From: Paracoccus suum
GTDB taxonomy: Bacteria > Pseudomonadota > Alphaproteobacteria > Rhodobacterales > Rhodobacteraceae
Assembly: GCF_003324675.1 (NCBI RefSeq)
Contig: NZ_CP030918.1
Span: 1,410,001 to 1,442,000 of the forward strand
DNA: 32,000 bases
Direction: 5' to 3'
The position numbers were made by a program, and so were the translations under genes. The notes beneath the pieces are model-generated. The model searched no databases, had not been told where the DNA came from, and saw only the letters and a program-made list of their open reading frames with translations. Of the stretch, positions 17,868 through 25,266 are shown one piece after another (position 1 is the stretch's first letter; the number at the start of each line of letters is the position of its first letter).

Positions 17868-18640
17868 AGCTTTGCCTGCACCAGTTGCTGCGAATAGGGG
17901 TGCTGCGGGTCCTGAAATACCTGGTCCGCCAGCCCCTGTTCGACCACCTGGCCGCGGCGCATGACAACCACCCGGTCGGCCATGGTGCGGATCACCCCCA
18001 GATCGTGGCTGACCAAGATCATCGTGATGCGCCGGTCGCGCTGCAGGTGTTTCAGCGTGTCCAGCACCAGTGCCTGCACGGATACGTCAAGCCCGGTCGT
18101 CGGCTCGTCCAGCAACAGGACGGCCGGCTCCAGCGCAATCGCCTTGGCGAGTTGTACACGCTGCTGCATCCCGCCGGAAAGCTCGACCGGCGGCGCATCC
18201 ATGCGGGCCAGCGGGAACTCGGACGCCTCGAGCGCAACCTGGCCCCGTTCGCGCAGGGCGGCGAAGCGGCGCTCGCCGGCGATCAGCAGCCGCTCGGCCA
18301 CGTTGCCCGAGGAGGAGTTGTGCATCAGCAGGCCCTGATGCGGGTGCTGGTAGACGATGCCGATGTGCCGGGCACAGAGTTGGGCGCGGGCAAAGCGGCC
18401 AAGGTTGAACAGGTTGCCGTCCGCCCCCGGCACGCCCGGCAGCGACAGGCGGTAGTCGCCCGCTTCCGGCACCTCCTGCAGATTCAGCATCCGCAGCAGC
18501 GTCGACTTGCCGGAACCGCTTTCGCCAACGATGCCCAGCACCTCGCCCGGCCAGACGGTCAGTCCGACATCCTGCAGCGCCACGACCTCGCCATAGCGAT
18601 GCGACACCCCGTCGAGCCGGATCAGGGGCTGGTCGGTCAC
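17864..18640 (-). CDS. phnK: C-P lyase system ATP-binding protein PhnK
   Basis: Walker A GESGSGKSTLLR, signature LSGGMQQRVQLAKAI, LLLDEPTTGLDVSVQ, and a ...PQHPYSQQLV C-terminus as in E. coli PhnK. Start assigned to the GTG at 18640 (VTDQPLIRLDGVSHRYG) because the ORF upstream extension overlaps phnJ. The exact start is uncertain. Confidence 0.88.
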   Translation of the reverse strand: MTDQPLIRLDGVSHRYGEVVALQDVGLTVWPGEVLGIVGESGSGKSTLLRMLNLQEVPEAGDYRLSLPGVPGADGNLFNLGRFARAQLCARHIGIVYQHPHQGLLMHNSSSGNVAERLLIAGERRFAALRERGQVALEASEFPLARMDAPPVELSGGMQQRVQLAKAIALEPAVLLLDEPTTGLDVSVQALVLDTLKHLQRDRRITMILVSHDLGVIRTMADRVVVMRRGQVVEQGLADQVFQDPQHPYSQQLVQAKL

Positions 18641-18677
18641 CAGCCGCGGCGGGTCCAGTCCTAGAGCGGGGCGGCCA

Positions 18678-19595
18678 TCAAGCACGACGAAACTCCCCTG
18701 CGCGGTACCACGTCGGGGCGGGAGCGGGGCCCGAACCCTCCGCGGCGCGGATCGCCTTGATGCCCAGTTCGCTGTCCGAGACCTCGTGCATGACCCCGCC
18801 ATCCGCCTGAGGCAGTTCGTTCATGAAATAGCCCCGCAGCCCGCTGCGCCCGCATGTAAGGACGGCGTGATCCTCGACCCGGAAGGGAATGTCGTCGAAC
18901 ACCAGTGGCTCGACCGTGGTATGGGGCGGTACGGCGTAAAGGCGCTTCTCGCGTCCCGCCGACAGGATCGTCAGATGCTCGGCCATGTGCAGCTTGGGCA
19001 GGTCCCAGCGCGGAATGGGCGAGGGGGTCATGACATGGCGGCCATTGACCAGCGCCGGATAGCCCGCCCCCTGCATGATCCGGCCCGCGCGGACGACCTG
19101 CTCGTACAGGATCAGCCACAGCCGCGCATAATCGGCGTCGGCATGCATCTGGCGGGCGCGGGACATGTCGGGCTCGACCGGCCGCAACGGCTCGGGGTTG
19201 GGCACCTGCAGGACCAGCATCTGGTCCGCCCGCAAGACTTCCTCGGGGATGCGGTGGCGCGACTGGATCAGAGTGGCAGCAGTGGTATCGCACGTGCCCG
19301 CCGCGCCCGAGACGCGGGTGACAAAGCGCCGGATCGAGGCGGCGTTGACGCTGTCATCCGCGCCCTGATCGATGACCTTGACGCACGAGCGCGGGTTCAC
19401 CAGCGTCAGCGTGACCTGAAGGCCGCCGGTGCCCCAGCCCCGCGCCATCGGCACCTCGCGGCTGGCATAGGGGATCTGGCAGCCGGGCACGGCGACGGCC
19501 TTGACCATGGCCCGCCGCAACTCGCGCTTGGCCGAGGCGTCGAGGAAACCATAGCTGTGGTCGGCACGCTTCCGGGTCAGTGCGGCGAGGGTCAT
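18678..19595 (-). CDS. phnJ: PhnJ (alpha-D-ribose 1-methylphosphonate 5-phosphate C-P lyase) homologue with atypical C-terminus
   Basis: 305 aa. About 250 aa align closely with E. coli PhnJ (YGFLDA.AKRELRRA.VKAVAVPG.QIPY..REVPM..GWGTGG.Q, KVIDQGADD, LIQSRHRIPE, GREKR.YAVPP). The C-terminal Cys-rich region is altered; see findings. Confidence 0.9.
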   Translation of the reverse strand: MTLAALTRKRADHSYGFLDASAKRELRRAMVKAVAVPGCQIPYASREVPMARGWGTGGLQVTLTLVNPRSCVKVIDQGADDSVNAASIRRFVTRVSGAAGTCDTTAATLIQSRHRIPEEVLRADQMLVLQVPNPEPLRPVEPDMSRARQMHADADYARLWLILYEQVVRAGRIMQGAGYPALVNGRHVMTPSPIPRWDLPKLHMAEHLTILSAGREKRLYAVPPHTTVEPLVFDDIPFRVEDHAVLTCGRSGLRGYFMNELPQADGGVMHEVSDSELGIKAIRAAEGSGPAPAPTWYRAGEFRRA

Positions 19596-20662
19596 TCCGC
19601 GGGCTCCAGTTCAGGTGCGACGCCGGGCTCTGCCTTCTGGCGGGCTGCGCCGCGCAGGTTGTCCAGCGCCGATTGGAAGGTGACGTAATGGGGCAGCTTG
19701 AAGTGGATGCAAAAGCCCGAGGCCTCGACCGGCTCGGTGTGATAGAGGAAGAATTCCGGGTTCGTCGGGCTTTTTGGCGCCGCGTTCGGGCTGTTGAGGT
19801 CCAGCGTCGCCCCGGCGATGGTCTTGACCTCGTTCCAGCCGAAGCTGGCGCAGAATCCCAGCTTCAGCTGGGCGCCCTTGGCGTTGACGACCTCGGCCTG
19901 GCCGACGCGGATTCTGCCCGCGCTGAAGATCGTGCCGCAGGGGTGGGTGACGCGCAACGGAGCCTCAGTCAGGCGTAACTCGTTGACAGTCGGATGCGCC
20001 TGCCCGTAGCCCCGCATTGCCGAATATCCCAGTGCCAGCATCCCGCCGGTGTCGGCGCGGGCGAGGCTTTGCAGCGTGTGCGCGCGGCTGGCGGGGAACA
20101 GCAGCGGCTCGCGCGTGACATCGGGGATGGCGTCGGGCGCGATTTCGGGGGCGTTCAAGGGCGCGAGCAGCCCTTGCGCCCGCTGCCAGTCGGCAAGCGG
20201 CGGCGGGCTGGCCGGCGCAGGACGGGCAGCGGGTTCCACCGGCCGAGGCGTCACAGTCGCGCCCGACAGCACGGCGGTCGCGAGCATGCGGTGGCTGTAA
20301 TCCAGCGTCGGGCCGAGGATCTGGCCGCCGGGGATATCCTTGAACGCGGCCGAGACTCGGCGATGGGTCAGCCCCTCGCCGGTCTGGATCGGCTGCGCGA
20401 TCGCCAGCCGCGGCTGGGTGGTGCGCCAGGCCCGCAGCAACATCACGGCCTCGTAGAGATCGCCGCCGGTCTGGGCCAGCGCCAGCGCTGCAAGGTCGGG
20501 CGCGTAGAGCGAGGCCTCACCCATGACGCGGTCGATCAGCAGGGGCATCCCGTCGCGGATTCCCGCCACCCGCTCGGGCGTGATCGGGCCGAGCGCGGCG
20601 CGATACAGCCGCTCGGCCTGCTCGATGGCGCGCTCGCCGCCCCGGGTCGCGACATAGGCCAT
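19592..20662 (-). CDS. phnI: C-P lyase core complex subunit PhnI (ribosyl-transfer component)
   Basis: 356 aa starting MAYVATRGGERAIEQAERLY (compare E. coli MYVAVKGGEKAI). ATGA overlap with phnJ and a 1-nt overlap with phnH. Confidence 0.9.
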   Translation of the reverse strand: MAYVATRGGERAIEQAERLYRAALGPITPERVAGIRDGMPLLIDRVMGEASLYAPDLAALALAQTGGDLYEAVMLLRAWRTTQPRLAIAQPIQTGEGLTHRRVSAAFKDIPGGQILGPTLDYSHRMLATAVLSGATVTPRPVEPAARPAPASPPPLADWQRAQGLLAPLNAPEIAPDAIPDVTREPLLFPASRAHTLQSLARADTGGMLALGYSAMRGYGQAHPTVNELRLTEAPLRVTHPCGTIFSAGRIRVGQAEVVNAKGAQLKLGFCASFGWNEVKTIAGATLDLNSPNAAPKSPTNPEFFLYHTEPVEASGFCIHFKLPHYVTFQSALDNLRGAARQKAEPGVAPELEPAE

Positions 20663-21210
20663 CAGGGCACCTCCACCCGCGTCGATCGCGGCAGTGCCAG
20701 CACCCGCGCGCCGTCGACGAGGATCAGTTCGAACCCCAGAGGATAGGTGCAGGCGAGTTCGCGCAGTGACCAGAAGGCGGGCGCGATACCGTCCAGCGCG
20801 ATCTGTTGCGCCTGGCGGATGCCGGGGCCGGTCAGGCGCAGCCGCTCGCCTGCGCCGAGGCGCGCGGGTGCGATGATGGTAGCGCCACCCTCGGGGTGAA
20901 GCTCGCTGCCGACCGATAGTTGGGCGACATCCACCAGTGCGACAGGCGTCAGTTGCATGATGGCATGGTCAGCCGTGCCCACGGGCGAGAGCCGCGCGCC
21001 CGTGGCCTGTACCGCCGCGGCATGTTCCGGCGCGTAGACCCGACATTCGCGGTCGATCAGCGCCTGGGCCGCGGTCATCACGCCGCCTTCGGGCAGCTCA
21101 AAGATATCGCCCGGCAGCGACAGCGCCCTCAGGATCGCGTCGAAAGCGGCGTTGTCGCGGGCTTCCTCCGCATCGGGCAAAAGGGTCTCGGACAGGGCGC
21201 TTGCCTGCAT
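20662..21210 (-). CDS. phnH: C-P lyase core complex subunit PhnH
   Basis: 182 aa. FDAILRALSLPG near the N-terminus and ...YPLGFELILVDGARVLALPRSTRVEV at the C-terminus, as in E. coli PhnH. Position between phnG and phnI. Confidence 0.85.
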   Translation of the reverse strand: MQASALSETLLPDAEEARDNAAFDAILRALSLPGDIFELPEGGVMTAAQALIDRECRVYAPEHAAAVQATGARLSPVGTADHAIMQLTPVALVDVAQLSVGSELHPEGGATIIAPARLGAGERLRLTGPGIRQAQQIALDGIAPAFWSLRELACTYPLGFELILVDGARVLALPRSTRVEVP

Positions 21211-21632
21211 CAGAACGTCTCCATCTCGACGCGCGTCGCCTCGATCCGGCGCAGGGTTTCTGTGTCCGCATCGGCCTGCGCGCGGGCCTCGGTCGCCGCA
21301 AAGCGGGCGACGGCATCCGCGCCACGGCCCGCCTGATAGGCGGCGTCCAGCACTGCCATCGCCATTGCCTGCTCCAGGTCCATGCCGATGATCAGGCCAT
21401 AACCCTCGGTGGCCGTTCCGGGCAGGCGGATATGCGCCTCGGCCACCAGCACCTCGCCCAGATGAAAGTTAGTGCCCTGCGCCGTGTCCCGCATTGGCGC
21501 CATGACCAGCCCGCTGCGCGATGCAATGACCTCGACCGCGCCCAGTGCAGGCAGCAATTCCGAGGCCAGCGCCTTGAGGGGGCCGGGTGCAGCGCGGGCC
21601 AGCGTCTCAAGCAAAGCGGCGTGCCCTGTCAT
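21210..21632 (-). CDS. phnG: C-P lyase core complex subunit PhnG
   Basis: 140 aa with GLVMAPMRDTAQGTNFHLGEVLVAEAHIRL and a C-terminal ATRVEMETF (compare E. coli ...SRVDFFTM). Coupled to phnF (ATGA) and to phnH. Confidence 0.85.
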   Translation of the reverse strand: MTGHAALLETLARAAPGPLKALASELLPALGAVEVIASRSGLVMAPMRDTAQGTNFHLGEVLVAEAHIRLPGTATEGYGLIIGMDLEQAMAMAVLDAAYQAGRGADAVARFAATEARAQADADTETLRRIEATRVEMETF

Positions 21633-22363
21633 CCGGCAGCCCCTTCGTTGTCGTCCAGCATGTCGATCGAGAACTGGATGCGGTGCGCGGACCAGATCGA
21701 TTCGGAATAGCCGATGGGCTTGCCGGCGTGGTCGGTGTCGGTCTTTTGCAGCACCATCACCGGCTGGTCGGGATGCTGGTCCAGCAGCCGCGCCTCCGCC
21801 TCGTCGGGCCGGCGGGCATAGATCGTGGTGTTGCGGCGCAGGTAATCGGCGACGCCGTGGGCGCGGTAGACATCAGTGACCGAGCGTCCGGCCTCGCGCT
21901 CGGCCGCCAGGTCGGGAAAGCGTGCGGCGTCATGCCAGCTTTGGTTGAGGTTGATCGGAACGCCATCGGCAAGTCCGCGGCGCAGGGTGTGATGGACGGG
22001 CGCGCCCTCGGCCAGCCCCAGTGCCTCGGCGATGCGGGCGGCGGCGGGCAGGGTTTCGGCGATGATATGCTCGCCCGAAGGCGTGCGGCCTGCCGCCAGC
22101 AGGTTTTCGCGAAAGCGGGTGCGCTTGCTGATGCGATAGCGGATCAGCGGCGCCGAGCGGACGAAGGTGCCGCGCCCCTGCTCGATGCTCAGCAGCCCGT
22201 CCACCGCAAGCGCCGTCATCGCCCGCCGCACGGAATGCCGGCCGCTTCCGAATTCGGCGCAAAGCTGCGATTCGGTCGGCAGCTGCGTCCCATCGGCGTA
22301 GTCGCCCGCGGCGATCCGTTCGGCGACCCGGTCGCGGATATTGGTCCAGTTGTGCTTGTTCAT
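21629..22363 (-). CDS. phnF: GntR/HutC-family phosphonate regulator PhnF
   Basis: 244 aa from the ATG at 22363: MNKHNWTNIRDRVAERIAAGDY..GTQLPTESQLCAEFGSGRHSVRRAMTALAVDGLLSIEQGRGTFV (GntR HTH), followed by a UTRA-type C-terminal domain. First gene of the phnFGHIJKLM string. Confidence 0.85.
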   Translation of the reverse strand: MNKHNWTNIRDRVAERIAAGDYADGTQLPTESQLCAEFGSGRHSVRRAMTALAVDGLLSIEQGRGTFVRSAPLIRYRISKRTRFRENLLAAGRTPSGEHIIAETLPAAARIAEALGLAEGAPVHHTLRRGLADGVPINLNQSWHDAARFPDLAAEREAGRSVTDVYRAHGVADYLRRNTTIYARRPDEAEARLLDQHPDQPVMVLQKTDTDHAGKPIGYSESIWSAHRIQFSIDMLDDNEGAAG

Positions 22364-22520
22364 GGTCGTCCGGCAATCGTTCGGACGTTTCATGAAGACG
22401 CCGCGTGACGACGGAGCGAAGGCTGGTTGAAAGATTTGTGATGATACCGGGGCGGCGTAGACTTCAGGCATGCGGAGGGGCTACCGCACGTGCCGCTGTG
22501 CCCAGCCGTCGCGGTCGCGC

Positions 22521-23450
22521 CTAACTCCGACCGGGAGCGTCAACAGACAAAGCTTGCCTCCCGATACCTCGGGCGGGCAACGTCATGACGATGACCCCGG
22601 CTACCACGCATGCGAGGCCGATCCATGCCGTTGGCGATAGCGCCTCGCCAAGAAACATGACGCCGATGCCGACGCCGATCGGCACGCGCAGATAGGCCTG
22701 CGCCATCGTTCCGACCGAGCCGAGCGTCTGAAGCAGCCGGAAATAGATCACAAAGGCCAGCGCCGTGGAAAAGACGGAAAGTGCAAGCAAGGCGCGCACC
22801 GAGGCAGCGCTGGGCGCGAGGGTCCAGGGTCGATCGAAAGCCAGGCTGATCGGGATGAGGATGGCCGCCCCGCAGACCAGTGAGCCGGCGGCGGGTATCA
22901 TGGGATCGAGACCCTTGAAGTTTTTGCCAAAGATCGCGGCGCCCGCATAGCAGATCGTGGCCGCGACAATGGCCAGTTGCGCCCACATCTCTCGTCCAAG
23001 GCCGCCCAGCGCCTCGGTCCCGACGATCAGGCATGTCCCCAGCAGCCCGGCAGCGATGCCGAACAGCTTGCGATTTGTGACCGTCTCATGCCGCGTGATC
23101 AGCAGCGTCAGCAGAAACGTGAAGATCGGCGAGGTTGAACTGAGGATCGTCGCAAGGCCTGCACCGGTCGTCTGCTCGGCCCATGCGATCAGGGTGAATG
23201 GCATGACGCTGTTGAGGCAGGCCTGGACCAGAAATCGCCCCCAGACCCGTCGACCGGTGGGCAGCCTCAGCCCGCGCAAGCGAAGAATGACGACGAGGAT
23301 GCCGCCGGCGATCAGGGTTCTGGCGGCGATAAATGTCACCGGCGGAATGGTTCCGACGCCGATCTTGATGAAGGTATAGGACGCGCCCCAGAGCGTCGAC
23401 AGCAGCAGGAGCAACGCCAGCTCGGTTGGGAGATTTGCCTTGGAATGCAT
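22521..23450 (-). CDS. EamA/DMT-family transporter
   Basis: 309 aa from the ATG at 23450 (MHSKANLPTELALLLLLSTLWGASYTFIKIG...). Ten predicted hydrophobic helices arranged as two EamA repeats. Confidence 0.85.
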   Translation of the reverse strand: MHSKANLPTELALLLLLSTLWGASYTFIKIGVGTIPPVTFIAARTLIAGGILVVILRLRGLRLPTGRRVWGRFLVQACLNSVMPFTLIAWAEQTTGAGLATILSSTSPIFTFLLTLLITRHETVTNRKLFGIAAGLLGTCLIVGTEALGGLGREMWAQLAIVAATICYAGAAIFGKNFKGLDPMIPAAGSLVCGAAILIPISLAFDRPWTLAPSAASVRALLALSVFSTALAFVIYFRLLQTLGSVGTMAQAYLRVPIGVGIGVMFLGEALSPTAWIGLACVVAGVIVMTLPARGIGRQALSVDAPGRS

Positions 23451-23573
23451 GTTGGTCCCATTTCGTGACGTGGCTCTCGCTTTGTGACTAGCCGCAAATG
23501 GAACACGGATGTTTCGGTCGCGGCCGAACTGTCGAAGGCTGACGGCGCGGCATTTGTTTGCTAGGCTTGCCGC

Positions 23574-24365
23574 ATGTCCAATTTCGCTTCGGGAAACACG
23601 ATTGCCGAGGTCGCGAGCCTGATAGGCGATGCGGCGCGCGCCAACATCCTGTCCGCCCTGATGAGCGGGCAGGCGTTGACGGCGGGCGAGTTGGCGCGCC
23701 ACGCCGGTGTCACCGCGCAGACCACCAGCGGCCACCTTGGGAAGCTCACCGAGGCTAAGCTTATCGCGGTCGAAAAGCAGGGGCGGCATCGCTACTATCG
23801 GCTTGCAACGCCGCAGGTGGCTCAGGCCATTCATGCTTTGATGGCGGTCGCAGCGAGTGGACCGACGCGCTATCACCCGATCGGTCCCAGGGATCAAGCA
23901 CTACGGCTGGCCCGGACCTGCTACGACCATATGGCTGGGCGGCTGGCGTTGACGATTGCCGACAGCCTCGTGCGCGAAGGCCATGTCGTCCTGTCGGATG
24001 GGGCAGGGATGGTCACCGACGAGGGGCGCCGCTTTTTCGCGGACCTCGGGATAGACACCAAGTCGCTTCGCGCTCGCCGGCCCTTGTGCCAGACCTGCCT
24101 CGACTGGAGCGAGCGCCGGCCCCATATCGCCGGGCAGCTTGGTGCGGCGCTCCTAAGCAGTGTGTTGGCCCGAGGATGGGTTACTCGGTCAGCTGAGAGC
24201 CGCGCCCTCAAGCTGTCGCGGGCGGGCGAAAGCGGTCTTGCGACGGCTTTTCAACTGCCGGCGGATTGGCGCAATGAAGGCCCTTTTACGAGGGACGTTC
24301 TGGAGCCTGAGGTCCGGGGCGGCCCGTCAACCGATGTTCTCGCAGCGCGCCAGCCTGCCGGGTAA
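23574..24365 (+). CDS. ArsR/SmtB-family winged-helix transcriptional regulator with extended C-terminal domain
   Basis: 263 aa. IAEVASLIGDAARANILSALMSGQALTAGELARHAGVTAQTTSGHLGKLTEAKLIAVEKQGRHRYYRL is a typical ArsR HTH. Divergent from the EamA gene. Confidence 0.8.
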   Translation: MSNFASGNTIAEVASLIGDAARANILSALMSGQALTAGELARHAGVTAQTTSGHLGKLTEAKLIAVEKQGRHRYYRLATPQVAQAIHALMAVAASGPTRYHPIGPRDQALRLARTCYDHMAGRLALTIADSLVREGHVVLSDGAGMVTDEGRRFFADLGIDTKSLRARRPLCQTCLDWSERRPHIAGQLGAALLSSVLARGWVTRSAESRALKLSRAGESGLATAFQLPADWRNEGPFTRDVLEPEVRGGPSTDVLAARQPAG

Positions 24366-24516
24366 CGCCGGGGCTCTACGTCTTGAACAGGGCCTTAGCG
24401 GGGACCGCTGCCCCGGCGATCGGGTCTTCGCCGTCCGCTCCAGTTCTGCCGGGCAAAGCTCGGATATTGCTCTTGTCAGCCCCGCCCGCATTCAAATGCA
24501 GCCGTCTATCTGACCT

Positions 24517-25266
24517 TCACTTCGCATCGTGAAAGATGATCCCGACCGTGTGCCGCTTTCCGCTGCGCAGGCGGCTGACTCCGTGGCGCAGGTTCACGCG
24601 GTAGGTGCCGCGGGTCCCCTGCACTGGCCGGTTGTGGACGGCGAACGCTACGGCGTCGCCCTGCATCAGCGGCACGACCTCGGCGCGGCTCTGCATGCGC
24701 GGGCGCTGTTCGGTCAGGACGAATTCGCCGCCTGTAAAGTCGCGACCCGGCTCTGACAGCAGGAAAGCCACCTGCAGCGGAAAGGCCAGATCGCCGTAGA
24801 GATCCTGATGCAGGCAGTTGAAGTCGCCCTCGACGTATTGCAGCAGCAGCGGTGTCGGACGCGTCTGGCCGGCCTCGTGGCACTGGCGCAGGAAATCCGC
24901 ATGGGCGTCGGGATAGCGCTCATCGATGCCCATGCGCGCATTCCAGTTGTTGGCGACGACCGCCAGCCGCGGCCACAGCGCCGTGCGCAGCCCGCCCAGC
25001 AAGTCGGGCAGCGGGTACTTGAAATAGCGGTACTCGCCCTTGCCAAAGCCATGCCGCGCCATGTGGATATGGCTGCGGAAATGCGCCTCCTCGGGGTAGA
25101 GGGCCGCCAGATCCCGGCATTCCTGCGGGGTCAAGACACCCTTGAGGGTGGCGCAGCCGAAGCGGTCCAGGTCCTCGGCAAAGGCGTCCCAATCATATCG
25201 GGACAAGCGCTCCTCGGCGGACTTTACCGCTGGTCCTGCGGGGGTGAAATCGCTGGGCGCGTTCAT
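24517..25266 (-). CDS. 2OG-Fe(II) oxygenase superfamily protein (prolyl-hydroxylase-like, not canonical AlkB), co-transcribed with ada
   Basis: 249 aa from the ATG at 25266 (MNAPSDFTPAG...). HxD facial-triad motif in NCLHQDLYGD, with a distal His/Arg in VNLRHGVSRLRSGKRHT. ATGA overlap with the ada stop. Confidence 0.85.
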   Translation of the reverse strand: MNAPSDFTPAGPAVKSAEERLSRYDWDAFAEDLDRFGCATLKGVLTPQECRDLAALYPEEAHFRSHIHMARHGFGKGEYRYFKYPLPDLLGGLRTALWPRLAVVANNWNARMGIDERYPDAHADFLRQCHEAGQTRPTPLLLQYVEGDFNCLHQDLYGDLAFPLQVAFLLSEPGRDFTGGEFVLTEQRPRMQSRAEVVPLMQGDAVAFAVHNRPVQGTRGTYRVNLRHGVSRLRSGKRHTVGIIFHDAK

